From the NCBI GenBank assembly GCA_035285545.1, contig JAYKGY010000019.1:1-64000 (forward strand): a DNA stretch of 64,000 nt, in the 5' to 3' direction. The stretch is from Snowella sp. GTDB lineage: Bacteria; Cyanobacteriota; Cyanobacteriia; Cyanobacteriales; Microcystaceae. The number at the start of each line of letters is the position of its first letter. The first letter of the stretch is position 1. The notes under the pieces are model-generated. The model did no database searches, was not told the DNA's origin, and saw nothing but the letters and a program-made list of their open reading frames with translations. Below, one piece after another: positions 29,850 through 40,645 of this stretch. A program made the translations under genes and the position numbers.

Positions 29850-30284
29850 TTATTTAAAGTTATTTTTCTCTAAATTAGCAAAATAGAAATAGGCACTCAC
29901 TGTTGTGGCATTGGTCAAAATTGAAAAAATATTCCAGAAAATGACCGCAGGAGCTTGGATCAAAATGCCATAGATTAACCAGAGAATTTGAAAAGTGCCC
30001 GTAATCGCTGCCATGCGAGGATTCATACCCCGATGAGAACGCTTTTTTAGCATAGCAATTAAATCGGGCAATGCGGCGAAGGTCGTGCCAAATCCTGCCA
30101 CTAAGCCAATGATTTCTACCCAAATGGGATAATTAAGGGATTGGTTGAAATTGTTGGCATGAACGGTAACGGGATGGGTCAGGATGCTAAAGGTGAGTGG
30201 AAAATAGATGAAAAAACGCCAATTTTTGATCGGGTTTGCGATCGCCGATTTTGATTTTCTTCGGATACCCATTAGCTCTTTCAA
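29850..30284 (-). CDS. SemiSWEET/PQ-loop family transporter with N-terminal extension
   Basis: EIIGLVAGFGTTFAALP, LWLIYGIL and PAVIFWN: three-helix SemiSWEET unit. Confidence 0.8.
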   Translation of the reverse strand: MKELMGIRRKSKSAIANPIKNWRFFIYFPLTFSILTHPVTVHANNFNQSLNYPIWVEIIGLVAGFGTTFAALPDLIAMLKKRSHRGMNPRMAAITGTFQILWLIYGILIQAPAVIFWNIFSILTNATTVSAYFYFANLEKNNFK

Positions 30285-30330
30285 TCATTAGCGTTGTGGT
30301 CACAGCCTTAATTTTAGCGATCGCTTGTCT

Positions 30331-30729
30331 TTAAATAAATAGACTGGGAGAAAGATTGAAGTAATCCGCTAGAGCTTTTGCTTGCGCTTTGCTAATGGCT
30401 CGTTTTCCGTTAACAACTTCAGAAACAACTCCGCTAGACCCAATCACTCCAACTAAATCCGCCTGACGAGTTCCGCTAGATTCCATTAAATGTTGAAGAA
30501 TTTCATGGGGAGTTGAGGATTCCATCGGATAATTCTCGGTTTCATAGGCTTCGATTAAAGTGATTAATAATAGATATAGTGCTGTTTCTTCGGGAAGACG
30601 ATTTTTCTTATGTCTTAACTGTTCAGACTGCATTAAAGCTTGTTCACATTCTTCGTCAGATTCAATGACTTTAGGCGCAGTTTCAAACAACAAAGCTCTA
30701 TAAGTATTTCTATCAAAAGTAAGGGTCAT
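30331..30729 (-). CDS. HigA-like HTH antitoxin / transcriptional regulator (orphan)
   Basis: LITLIEAYE, TPHEILQHLME, RQADLVGVIGSSGVVSEVVNGKRAISK motifs. ATG follows AGGAG. Confidence 0.85.
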   Translation of the reverse strand: MTLTFDRNTYRALLFETAPKVIESDEECEQALMQSEQLRHKKNRLPEETALYLLLITLIEAYETENYPMESSTPHEILQHLMESSGTRQADLVGVIGSSGVVSEVVNGKRAISKAQAKALADYFNLSPSLFI

Positions 30730-30807
30730 TTTTCTATCTCCCTTTATATAAAACAAAAAAGCAGGGATTCCTGCTAAAAAGTTAATTTATGTAAGTTAAT
30801 TGAGAAA

Positions 30808-31617
30808 TTATTGGGGGAAATCTATATTTACAATTTGTTTTTCCTTATTAAAGAAAATAAAGAGATCATCAGTAAGATTTTCAAATTGGATTTTAACAAT
30901 CACGACATCAGGAACATTCGCGGTTGTTGAAGGTTTATTGGTGATTTTCACGATTCTTTGAAAAGGGCCTGTTCTGCTCAGTAACGTTTCCCAGCGACGT
31001 TGAACCCTGTCAGGGAAAAATTCTGCTTTAAGAAGAGGGCTAAGATCTCCTCTGGCGCGACCATAATCTTTAATCACAAGAGAATTAACAAATCTGGTAG
31101 CAAGTTGATCAATATTTTTACTTGATGGCCAATCTAAACCAATTAATTGCTGTTGTTTATCATAAGTTACCAAAATATCTTCAGTCTTTTTGGCAAACTG
31201 AACTGTCACCCTAACCACATCAGCATTAATTACATCAATGACACGGGAACTGACAATTTTTTGAAAAGGGCCAAATTTATCAATGAGTTCGGTTTCCCAG
31301 ATAGATTGGATTTGTTCAACTGTCCAAAATTTTTGAAGTTCTGGGCTTAAAAGCTCCCTAACTTGTTTGTAATCTTTTTTACCTAATAATCCAATCAGAG
31401 TTTCCGCTTGTTTTTGAAGATCTTGGGTTTGACTCTCGGTAAGAGCTTGAGCAATTTCTGATTTAACTAAGGGAGGTTGAGCATTAGCGTTTAAAGTAGG
31501 GATTGAAATTCCTAATGTCAAAAATAGAGGCAATAAACTGATTGAACGGTAATTTTGAGAAAATAGGCGGAATTGATTCATAAAAATTTCGTCACTCCTT
31601 AACCAACAAATAATCAT
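30808..31617 (-). CDS. Secreted protein with two DUF3887-like domains
   Basis: Signal peptide. Internal duplication: LSPELQ...W...GPFQKIV and LSPLLK...W...GPFQRIV. Confidence 0.75.
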   Translation of the reverse strand: MIICWLRSDEIFMNQFRLFSQNYRSISLLPLFLTLGISIPTLNANAQPPLVKSEIAQALTESQTQDLQKQAETLIGLLGKKDYKQVRELLSPELQKFWTVEQIQSIWETELIDKFGPFQKIVSSRVIDVINADVVRVTVQFAKKTEDILVTYDKQQQLIGLDWPSSKNIDQLATRFVNSLVIKDYGRARGDLSPLLKAEFFPDRVQRRWETLLSRTGPFQRIVKITNKPSTTANVPDVVIVKIQFENLTDDLFIFFNKEKQIVNIDFPQ

Positions 31618-31751
31618 ATTTCAGTTTACGAGATTTGGTTCATAAAACCTAGTTTTAATGAGGGATCAAGGCTTTTGCTATGATAGCAACGGGTTAACCC
31701 AAATTCTGCTTTGACCAACCTTTTAATATTGCCAACTCTGGAGAGACAAGA

Positions 31752-33461
31752 ATGCTGCGACTGGAACATATTTGTAAAATTTACCCGACGGGCGAAGTCT
31801 TGAAGGATGTGACTTGGGAAGTTAAAGTCGGCGATCGCATTGGGTTAGTGGGCGTTAACGGCGCAGGTAAGTCAACCCAATTAAAAATTATTATGGGAGA
31901 CATCGAACCAACGGCGGGGGAAATCATTCGGCCAGCCAGTTTACACATCGGTTATCTCACCCAGGAATTTGAAGTCGATCCGAGCCGTACCGTTAAGGAA
32001 GAATTTTGGACAGTCTTTGGAGAAGCTAACGATATTCATAATCAATTGACGCAAATCCATCACGAAATGGAAGCGGCTGACCCTGATGAGTTGGAAAAAT
32101 TAATCCATAAATTAGACTCTCTACAACGTAAATTTGAAGCTCTTGACGGTTATACCCTAGATAGTCGCATTGAAAAGATTTTGCCTGAGATGGGGTTTGA
32201 ACCAGAAGACGGCGATCGCTTAGTCAGTGCCTTTAGTGGTGGTTGGCAGATGCGGATGAGTTTAGGGAAAATCTTATTACAAAAACCCGATATTTTATTA
32301 TTAGATGAACCGACGAACCATTTAGATTTAGAAACCATTGAATGGCTGGAAAAATATCTTAAAGGGTTAAATACACCGATTGTTATTGTTTCCCATGACC
32401 GAGAATTTTTAGACCGACTCTGCACCCAAATTGTGGAAACCGAACGAGGAATTTCTACGACTTATTTAGGCAATTATTCCGCCTATTTACAACAAAAACA
32501 GGAATTACAAGACGCGCAACTCAGTGCCTACGAACGGCAACAAAAGGAATTAGAAAAACAACAAGCCTTTGTAGATCGATTTCGGGCCAGTGCCACCCGC
32601 AGCACCCAGGCAAAAAGCCGAGAAAAACAATTAGATAAAATTGAACGCATTGAAGCTCCCGTTGGTTCTGTCCGTACTCTTCATTTTCGTTTTCCGCCGT
32701 CTCCGCGCAGTGGTCGGGAAGTCGTCAATATTCAGAATCTGGTGCATACCTACGATGATAAAATTCTCTTTCTCGATGCCAATTTAGAAGTCGAACGCGG
32801 CGATCGCATTGCTTTTTTAGGCCCCAATGGTGCGGGTAAATCGACATTGTTACGCCTCATCATGGGTTATGAACAACCGACTGATGGAATTGCGGAAATT
32901 GGTAAGCACAATGTAATTCCTGGCTATTTTGAACAGAATCAAGCTGAAGCTTTAGATTTAAATAAAACCGTCATGGATACTATTCACGATGAAGTTCCTG
33001 ACTGGAAAAATGAAGAAGTCCGCACCCTATTAGGTCGTTTTTTATTTAGTGGAGAAACGGTTTATAAAAAAGTCGAATCCCTCAGTGGGGGAGAAAAAGC
33101 CCGTTTGGCCCTCGCTAAAATGTTACTCCAACCTGCTAATTTATTGATTTTGGATGAGCCGACCAATCACTTGGATATTCCTGCAAAAGAGATGTTGGAA
33201 GAAGCCTTACAAAATTATGATGGAACGGTTTTAATTGTTTCCCACGACCGTTATTTTATTTCCCAAGTTGCCAATAAAATTGTAGAGATTCGAGAGGGAG
33301 AATTAATTTTATATCAAGGGGATTATCATTATTATTTAGATAAATTAGAAGAAGAAAAACAAAAAGCAGAACACGCCCGAATTGCAGCCGAAAAAGCAGC
33401 TAAAGCAGCCGCGAAAAAAGAGAAACAAAAGGAAAAGCAAAAAGCAAAAAAAGGAAAATAA
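31752..33461 (+). CDS. ABC-F family ATPase
   Basis: Two ABC domains (GVNGAGKST, FSGGW, LLDEPTNHLD; GPNGAGKST, LSGGE), no TM segments, Lys-rich tail. Confidence 0.95.
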   Translation: MLRLEHICKIYPTGEVLKDVTWEVKVGDRIGLVGVNGAGKSTQLKIIMGDIEPTAGEIIRPASLHIGYLTQEFEVDPSRTVKEEFWTVFGEANDIHNQLTQIHHEMEAADPDELEKLIHKLDSLQRKFEALDGYTLDSRIEKILPEMGFEPEDGDRLVSAFSGGWQMRMSLGKILLQKPDILLLDEPTNHLDLETIEWLEKYLKGLNTPIVIVSHDREFLDRLCTQIVETERGISTTYLGNYSAYLQQKQELQDAQLSAYERQQKELEKQQAFVDRFRASATRSTQAKSREKQLDKIERIEAPVGSVRTLHFRFPPSPRSGREVVNIQNLVHTYDDKILFLDANLEVERGDRIAFLGPNGAGKSTLLRLIMGYEQPTDGIAEIGKHNVIPGYFEQNQAEALDLNKTVMDTIHDEVPDWKNEEVRTLLGRFLFSGETVYKKVESLSGGEKARLALAKMLLQPANLLILDEPTNHLDIPAKEMLEEALQNYDGTVLIVSHDRYFISQVANKIVEIREGELILYQGDYHYYLDKLEEEKQKAEHARIAAEKAAKAAAKKEKQKEKQKAKKGK

Positions 33462-33491
33462 AAATTTGAGTAATAAGCTTGATTCTTAATA

Positions 33492-34070
33492 TTAGTCAAA
33501 TACTTTTTGTAAGTCCATCACAAAATTGGGTAAAACATTCTCCCCCGATAAATTGAGGGGATTTTGTAACATTTCTACTGACTGATTGACTCGATAAATC
33601 TCAACGGTTTTTCCCTTTGGATCGATTAACCAGCCCAACTGTACGCCATTTTCTAAATATTCCTGCATCTTTTCTCTGAGGGGAGGCAATGAATCGGTTT
33701 TTGAGCGTAATTTAAGGATAAAATCGGGGCAAATTGGAGCAAAATCATCCTGTTGATCAGGGGTTAATTGTTCCCATCGTTCTTTGCGTATCCAAGCTAA
33801 ATCGGGTGAGCGGTTAGCCCCATTGGGCAAGTGAAAAGCCGTAGAGGAATCAAACGCTACGCCTAATTGACTGCGTTCGTTCCAAACAAAGAGTTGACCT
33901 GCTAAATAAAAGTTTCTTTTTCCTGTACTTCCGCCTGTTGGGGGCATAATGATGAGTTGACCTTGAGCGTTTTTTTCTAGCCGCAAATCTCGGTTTGCTG
34001 CTGCTATCTTTTTAAATTGTTCTTGGGTGATAGTAAGTGTCTCTGGCAGATTGACTAATCTTGTATTCAT
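33492..34070 (-). CDS. Uma2-family endonuclease (DUF820)
   Basis: FDSSTAFHLPNGANRSPD, KMQEYLENGVQLGWLIDP and LSGENVLP motifs. Confidence 0.92.
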   Translation of the reverse strand: MNTRLVNLPETLTITQEQFKKIAAANRDLRLEKNAQGQLIIMPPTGGSTGKRNFYLAGQLFVWNERSQLGVAFDSSTAFHLPNGANRSPDLAWIRKERWEQLTPDQQDDFAPICPDFILKLRSKTDSLPPLREKMQEYLENGVQLGWLIDPKGKTVEIYRVNQSVEMLQNPLNLSGENVLPNFVMDLQKVFD

Positions 34071-34303
34071 GGGATATTACCGCGCCCTTTGTCTTTATAT
34101 TATCTATCGCCAAAATATTTAATCGTTGATCTCGTTTACAAAATTAAAATTTCTTATTAATTGTCTGTCAAACTTCACGGGCTATCTCGGCATATTGTTT
34201 AATTTGAAAGCTTTCTTCCCATTCAGCTTCAGCGATCGCGGATGTCATTATCGCTCAAGCAGAGTAAAATAAAAGTCTATATCGAAGGAGGAGTTAAATA
34301 ACA

Positions 34304-34522
34304 GTGGCGCAAACTATGCAATTTAGTCAAATATTAGAAATGATTGACTATCTCTCTTTGGATGAACAAAATGATTTAATCAATATTATTAAACATCGAC
34401 AAATCGAAAAAAGACGGGAACAAATTGCTCAAAATATTTCTCAATCTCGACAAGACTATCAAAATGGTAATGTTTTTCGAGGAAATGTTGATGCCATCAT
34501 TGCCGAATTAAACAATGATTAA
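34304..34522 (+). CDS. Putative type II antitoxin
   Basis: 72-aa ORF with GGAGGAG RBS, overlapping the downstream toxin gene by 8 nt. Confidence 0.75.
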   Translation: MAQTMQFSQILEMIDYLSLDEQNDLINIIKHRQIEKRREQIAQNISQSRQDYQNGNVFRGNVDAIIAELNND

Positions 34523-34799
34523 TTTAGTTTTTAGCCAATCATTTAAACGTGCTTTTAAAACAACAATTAAACGACAACCTGACTTAAAATCAAAAATAGA
34601 AGCTAAATTAAGGCTACTCGCTGACGATCCCTATAATCCAATTTTACGCACTCATAAATTAAAGGGAAGACTATCGGGTGCTTGGGCTTGTTCGGTTGAG
34701 TATAATTGTCGAATTATTTTCAACTTTGAACTAAATTCCGAAACTCAAGAGGAAGAAATCAACCTAATTGATATTGGAACCCATGATGAAGTTTATTAA
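34515..34799 (+). CDS. RelE/YafQ-family mRNA interferase toxin
   Basis: FKRAFK, LRTHKLKG, RIIF and IGTHDEVY C-terminal motif. Confidence 0.88.
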   Translation: MINLVFSQSFKRAFKTTIKRQPDLKSKIEAKLRLLADDPYNPILRTHKLKGRLSGAWACSVEYNCRIIFNFELNSETQEEEINLIDIGTHDEVY

Positions 34800-34865
34800 A
34801 CACATTTAACATTGTTTCGCAAAGAAAGTCTGCCGCGCTCTGATTTAATAAATTTAATAAATTGA

Positions 34866-35396
34866 ACGATTGGCAACCCTTGCGAATTTGATGAGATTTG
34901 GAGCTTTGATCAGGGTCTAGCAAAAATTAAAAAACATGGAAAATGGGGTTTAATAGATAATTCTGGAAAAATAGTTTTTCCCGTTGAATTTGATGAAATT
35001 CAAAATTTTTCTCAAGGTTTAGCAAAAATTAAAAAGCATGGAAAATGGGGTTTAATAAATAATTCAGTTAAAATAGTTCTTTCCTGTGAGTTTGATGAAG
35101 TCTGGGATTTTTCCCAAGGTTTGGCAAAGATAAAGAAACAGAATAAATATGGATTAATTAACGATGAAGTTAAAATAATTTTAGATACTACTTTTGAAGA
35201 AATTGAAAGTATTTTCGAGGATTTAATTAAGATTGCAATTAAAATCAATGACAAAGAAAAAAGATATGGATATGCCAATAGAGATGGGCAAATAGTTATT
35301 CCTTGTCAATTTCTTGAAGCTGATAATTTTTCTAATGGAAAAGCCAAAGTAAAAAAGGAATATTACATTGATAAAAATGGTGAATGTATTAATTGA
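34866..35396 (+). pseudogene. WG-repeat (KWG-type) protein, 5'-truncated
   Basis: Frame is open from 34866, upstream of the tracked ORF. It has 35-aa/105-bp repeats EFDEI..F.QGLAKIKKHGKWGLI.NS.KIV and no canonical start before the repeats. Confidence 0.75.
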
Positions 35397-35550
35397 AATG
35401 ACCAATACAGTAACTAGCAGATCAGAATTATAACTATTCGATTTTTTTTTGTTAATTAGCAGAACACACTCAACAAGTGAGATCAAAAATTTTACAAGTC
35501 CACAAAAAAATTGGGTAAAATATTCTTACCTGTGGGATATTGAAGTTGAG

Positions 35551-36921
35551 CTATTTACCAATACAAAAACGGCTAAAAATGCGGTCTAAAACTGACTCGG
35601 TGACATCTTCGCCGGTAATTTCTCCAAAGGATTGAATCGCCATACGCAGATCGATTGTCCAGAAATCTAGGGGTAATTGGTTTTGAATGGTTTCTTGAAC
35701 TTGTTCGAGCGATCGCTGAGCTTGAGTTAGGATGGCAGCCTGCCGTTGATTAATGGCAAAATCTAAATTTGCCGCCGTTAAATTACCGACTTTCACACTC
35801 TCTAAAATAGCATTTTCTAAGTTTTCAATGCCTTGATTTTGAGCCGCAATGGTTTTAACAATGGCTTTAATGTCCGCAGGATAATTCACCATTTCAGGTG
35901 AGGCTAAATCGGTTTTATTAATAATTAAAATTAAAGGTCGATGTTGTACCTGTTCATAGATTTTGTCGTCCTCCGTTGTCCAACCACTAGGGGCATCAAT
36001 GGTAAATAGAATCAGATCGGCTTGTTGGGCGGCCTGGCGCGATCGCTCAACCCCAATTTTTTCCACCGTATCGGAAGTATCTCGAATGCCTGCTGTATCC
36101 AGAACTTGAATAGGAATACCACCCACCACTAATTGGGATTCCACCACATCACGGGTTGTCCCAGGCAGATCGGTAACAATAGCGCGATCGCTGCGACTCC
36201 AAGCATTCAATAAACTGGATTTTCCCACATTAGGACGACCGACAATGGCCACTTTTAGGCCCGTTCTGAGTAATTCTCCCTGATCAGCAGTAGCTAACAG
36301 TTGAGTAACTTCCTGCAAAACTGCCGTTAATTGCGCTTTAATTAGGGCTTCATCTAAGGGCGGTAAATCATCTTCAAAATCAATTCTGGCTTCCACTTCC
36401 GCCAAAATATCCAAACAGGTAGCCCGTAACTGACGAATGGGAGTGGCTAATTTTCCCGTTAATCCTGCTAAGGCAACTTGGGCGGCTTGGGGAGATTGGG
36501 CACCGACTAGCTCACTAATACTTTCCGCTTGGGTGAGGTCTAAACGACCATTGAGAAACGCCCGTAGCGTAAATTCTCCAGGTTGGGCTAATCTGGCTCC
36601 CTGTTCTAGGCACAACTGCAAAACCTGTTGCACGGGAATGATGCCGCCATGACAATGAAATTCCACCACATCTTCTTTGGTGTAGGAACGGGGCGACAAC
36701 ATGGGTAAGACTAAGGCTTCATCAATAACCTGTTGAGTTTCGGGGTGATGGATATGACCGTAAAGAATCCGATGACTTTCCCAGGTTTGCTTACCGGCGG
36801 TTTGGAAGAGGGTTTGAGCAATACGGACTGCTTCATTTCCTGATAAGCGCACAATGCCAATACTGCCCTGTTGGGGAACAATGGCGGTCGCGATCGCGGC
36901 AATCGTATCGGCTGAAAGCAT
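35551..36921 (-). CDS. mnmE: tRNA modification GTPase MnmE
   Basis: [30 protein letters not shown] motifs and C-terminal FCIGK. Confidence 0.97.
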   Translation of the reverse strand: MLSADTIAAIATAIVPQQGSIGIVRLSGNEAVRIAQTLFQTAGKQTWESHRILYGHIHHPETQQVIDEALVLPMLSPRSYTKEDVVEFHCHGGIIPVQQVLQLCLEQGARLAQPGEFTLRAFLNGRLDLTQAESISELVGAQSPQAAQVALAGLTGKLATPIRQLRATCLDILAEVEARIDFEDDLPPLDEALIKAQLTAVLQEVTQLLATADQGELLRTGLKVAIVGRPNVGKSSLLNAWSRSDRAIVTDLPGTTRDVVESQLVVGGIPIQVLDTAGIRDTSDTVEKIGVERSRQAAQQADLILFTIDAPSGWTTEDDKIYEQVQHRPLILIINKTDLASPEMVNYPADIKAIVKTIAAQNQGIENLENAILESVKVGNLTAANLDFAINQRQAAILTQAQRSLEQVQETIQNQLPLDFWTIDLRMAIQSFGEITGEDVTESVLDRIFSRFCIGK

Positions 36922-37383
36922 TAGCTAAAAATGATCAGGAGGTTGATTGAGGAACATTCCTCATTATCAGGGAAAATTATCCGACTCGTCATCATCTCAT
37001 CCCTTCAGAAAATTGCTCAACCTCATAACAGAATCCTGTTGAACTTAAAATAAATTTAGTTAATAAAAAGCGTAAATAATAATTAAGCCATCTGACAAGT
37101 CGATAAACCTATGCAAGAATTTTAGATATCAATCTTGGTTCATCCTTAAACAACTTAAGACTTTTTTAATATTTTAATGAAATTAAATTTAGATAAAAAA
37201 TTCACTGTCTTAAAGTCAATTTATCTATATCAAACCAGTTTTTGAATATTAAGAATTATAAAAAATTGATCAACTTAAAGCTTTCTTTTGTTAATTGGTT
37301 TAAAAATCGACCATCGGGATTAATTGAGGAATATTAATCACGTATTTTTGAACATCAGGCGTATTGGGAGAGGTGACGGCTAG

Positions 37384-39825
37384 GTGAGAAAAATGCTTTG
37401 CTATCATTGGCGGCAGACGCTTGAGCGTTTTTTTGCCCATACTTGGATACCGGTATTAGTGGGGATGCTTGCCACGATCGCTGTCTTAGGAGCCTGGCAC
37501 CAATTAGCGATTCGCGATCAGCTTTATCTTGAACAATTAGTGGAACAGGAAGCTTCTGCTATTCAATCAAAATTAAGCGGAGAGTTATCTAGTAAAATTG
37601 CCAATTTAGAACGAATTGCCCTACTCTGGAAAATTAATCAGGGAATGTCCCAATCGAAATGGGAAGAAAATACCAAAAATTACATTAATACCGTTTATGG
37701 CTATCAGGCAATTGAATGGATTGATGCCTCCTTTCAGATCCGTTGGGTTGTGCCTCAGCAGGGTAATGAAGGGCTTGAAAATATCGATTTAAGTCAGGAA
37801 TTGCGTCGGCGGATTACCTTTGAGGTGGCCCGCACACTCAATCAAACTATTTTGACTCGCAACATTCGCTTACTGCAAGGTGGACAGGGTTTTCTGGCTG
37901 TGGTTCCCCTATCCATTCGCGATCGCCAAAATGAGATGAATCCTCCCCGTTTTGATGGCTTTATTGTGGGCGTATTTCGTTTTCAGCACCTCTTTGACAG
38001 CATCTTAAACTTGCCATCGGGTTATCGGGTACAAATTTATGACCGTAACGAATTGATTTACAGTCAGGGCCCGCCTTCGATTTCAACTTTTCAAAAATCG
38101 GTTTGGGTCAGAACCTACGGAGCCGATTGGCAGGTCAAAGTGTTTGCAACCTCCGATCTCATTAACGAGGTGCGATCGCCGCTTCCCAACATTATTTTAT
38201 GGGGGGGATTAATCGGAGCCTGGACATTCGCGTTAACCGTTTATTTTGGACAACGCTCCCAACGGTACAATGCCAAAGCTCGCCAAATTAACCAGCAATT
38301 GCAAACCGAAATTTTTCAACGGCAACAAGCGGAAGCAGAACTAGAGATTGAACTAAAAGAACGTCAACAGGCTGAAGCCGAACTCCGCCAAGCTAAAGAA
38401 CAATTTGAATTAGCGATCCTAGCTTCCCATGACGGTTTTTGGGATTGGGATTTTCGGACAAATGAAATCTACTATTCGCCCCGTTGGAAAGAAATGTTGG
38501 GCTATGAAGATCAGAAATTTCCCAATACCTTGGAGGCTTGGAAATCCGTCATTTTTGAGGAAGACTATAGTAAAGCGTTGCAATTAGTGGAAGATTACAA
38601 TACAGGGAAAATTGACCAGTTTTTGGCAACCCAACGATTTCATCACAAAAATGGTTCAACGGTTTATATTCTTTCGCGGGCGATTCACTTAAAAGATGAG
38701 CAGGGGCAGGTGATCCGTATGATCGGTGCCCATTCAGATATTACGGAAATGATTAAGATTCAAGAGGCCTTGGAGTCCTCTAAACAATCGTCCCAGGAAA
38801 TGGCGGAACAATTGGCCGTTCGGGTGGAAGAGTTAAAACAACGCAATACGGAAATGATGTTGCTGAGTGAGATGAATGATTTTTTGCAGGCCTGTTTGAC
38901 AGTAGAGGAAGCGTGCAAAACCATTACCAGTTTTATGCGATCGCTGTTTCCAGAGTGTTCAGGAAGTATCTCGGTAATTACCAACTCCCGTAATCGGTTA
39001 AAACGGTTAGCCTATTGGGGAAATGAATTATTTTCTGCGTCTAACTTTCATTCTAATGAGTGTTGGGCCCTACGTCGGGGACAATTGCATTGGATTAACC
39101 ATGACCATCAGCATTTGACCTGCCAACATATTGATCCGCAACAGGGCTTGTATGAATCCCTCTGCATTCCCTTAATTGCTCAAGGCGATACCTTGGGATT
39201 ACTCTATCTCTGTTCCCGCCGTCCCGATCGCTTGAATGAGATGAAGCAACAATTGGCCCGCACGGTGGCTGAACAAATCGGCCTAGCGATCGCCAATTTA
39301 AACCTACGAGAAACCCTCCAACATCAGAGTATTCGGGATGCCCTAACGGGTTTATACAATCGCCGCTATTTAGAAGAATGCCTGACGAAAGAAATCCATC
39401 GAGCCGAGCGCAATTCATACTCTATTGGCATTATTATGCTGGATATTGACCATTTCAAAGCGTTTAACGATACCCTGGGGCACGATGCAGGCGATTTTGT
39501 CCTCAAAGAAATTGGCCTATTACTAGCAAATATGATCCGCTCCTCCGATACCGCTTGTCGCTATGGGGGAGAAGAAATGACCTTGATTCTACCGGAAGCC
39601 GACCTCGAAGATACGGCCAAAAAAGCCGAAGAACTCCGAACCGCGATCGCGCAATTGCGTTTAAATTACAACGGCCAGATCCTGCAACGATTAACCGCTT
39701 CCTTAGGGGTTGCCTGTTTTCCCTCTCAAGGGACAACGGGAATCGCTGTTTTACAAGCCGCCGATGCCGCCCTCTACCGAGCCAAAGCCGCCGGACGGAA
39801 TCAAGTTATGCTCGCCCTAAATTAA
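37384..39825 (+). CDS. Diguanylate cyclase (TM-CHASE-TM-PAS-GAF-GGDEF)
   Basis: DALTGLYNRRY, DIDHFKAFND, RSSD I-site, RYGGEEM. PAS_3 DGFWDW; GAF CWALRRG. Confidence 0.92.
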   Translation: MRKMLCYHWRQTLERFFAHTWIPVLVGMLATIAVLGAWHQLAIRDQLYLEQLVEQEASAIQSKLSGELSSKIANLERIALLWKINQGMSQSKWEENTKNYINTVYGYQAIEWIDASFQIRWVVPQQGNEGLENIDLSQELRRRITFEVARTLNQTILTRNIRLLQGGQGFLAVVPLSIRDRQNEMNPPRFDGFIVGVFRFQHLFDSILNLPSGYRVQIYDRNELIYSQGPPSISTFQKSVWVRTYGADWQVKVFATSDLINEVRSPLPNIILWGGLIGAWTFALTVYFGQRSQRYNAKARQINQQLQTEIFQRQQAEAELEIELKERQQAEAELRQAKEQFELAILASHDGFWDWDFRTNEIYYSPRWKEMLGYEDQKFPNTLEAWKSVIFEEDYSKALQLVEDYNTGKIDQFLATQRFHHKNGSTVYILSRAIHLKDEQGQVIRMIGAHSDITEMIKIQEALESSKQSSQEMAEQLAVRVEELKQRNTEMMLLSEMNDFLQACLTVEEACKTITSFMRSLFPECSGSISVITNSRNRLKRLAYWGNELFSASNFHSNECWALRRGQLHWINHDHQHLTCQHIDPQQGLYESLCIPLIAQGDTLGLLYLCSRRPDRLNEMKQQLARTVAEQIGLAIANLNLRETLQHQSIRDALTGLYNRRYLEECLTKEIHRAERNSYSIGIIMLDIDHFKAFNDTLGHDAGDFVLKEIGLLLANMIRSSDTACRYGGEEMTLILPEADLEDTAKKAEELRTAIAQLRLNYNGQILQRLTASLGVACFPSQGTTGIAVLQAADAALYRAKAAGRNQVMLALN

Positions 39826-39925
39826 ATCAACAAATCTGGAATCAATCGAAAAGTTAACGGTTTCTCGATCGCCAACCCTTAAAATACAAAAAAATACCCA
39901 TAAAAATTTTAATTAAATCGGCATA

Positions 39926-40639
39926 ATGGATATCGAACAACTCTTACAACGGTATAACGCAGGAGAAAGGGATTTTCCGCAGATCAAGTTGTGTGATACC
40001 GACCTATTGCAATTAGAGTTAAGCAGAATTAATCTTTCGGGAGGAGATTTGCGTCAGGCCCGTTTAGGGAGAAGTTGCCTCGCCTTGGCCAATCTCCAGC
40101 AAGTCAATTTGAGTGAAGCGATTCTTTGGGGAACCGATCTAAGGGGGAGCAATTTATCCCAAGCAATGCTCAGGGATGCGGATTTTAGCGGCGCAAAACT
40201 CAATCAAGCCGATCTCACCGGAGCCTATCTCTACAAAGCGAGTTTTAGTGGGGCCAATCTTGCCAAGGCAATTGTACAAAATGCCCTGTTGTTAGAAGCC
40301 GATTTTCGTCCCACAACGGATCAACGTACCGATCTCGGAAAGACAGATTTTCAAGGCGCAGACCTCAGTTATGCCAATCTGAGTGGTGCCAATATTCGGC
40401 AAGCCAATTTCAGCCAAGCGAAACTCTGTCGTGCCACCTTTAATTCCGGTATTGGTCAATCAGACTTTTTAGCCGATTTAACCGAAGTTAATTTACAGGG
40501 TGCTGATTTAAGTTATGCCGACTTAAGCGGGGTGATTCTTCGCAACGCGGATCTTACTGGAGCCGATATTTTGGGAACGATTTTTGCCCATGCTGATTTA
40601 CAGGGGGCGATCATGCCCGATGGCACCATTCACGAGTAA
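39926..40639 (+). CDS. Pentapeptide-repeat protein
   Basis: A(D/N)LxX repeats, LLQRYNAGERDF start, GAIMPDG end. Confidence 0.92.
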   Translation: MDIEQLLQRYNAGERDFPQIKLCDTDLLQLELSRINLSGGDLRQARLGRSCLALANLQQVNLSEAILWGTDLRGSNLSQAMLRDADFSGAKLNQADLTGAYLYKASFSGANLAKAIVQNALLLEADFRPTTDQRTDLGKTDFQGADLSYANLSGANIRQANFSQAKLCRATFNSGIGQSDFLADLTEVNLQGADLSYADLSGVILRNADLTGADILGTIFAHADLQGAIMPDGTIHE

Positions 40640-40645
40640 CCCTGC

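Noticed and set aside
34866..35140. Repeats resembling a CRISPR array
   Set aside because: The units are 105-bp degenerate in-frame repeats encoding WG motifs, with no unique spacers and no cas genes.
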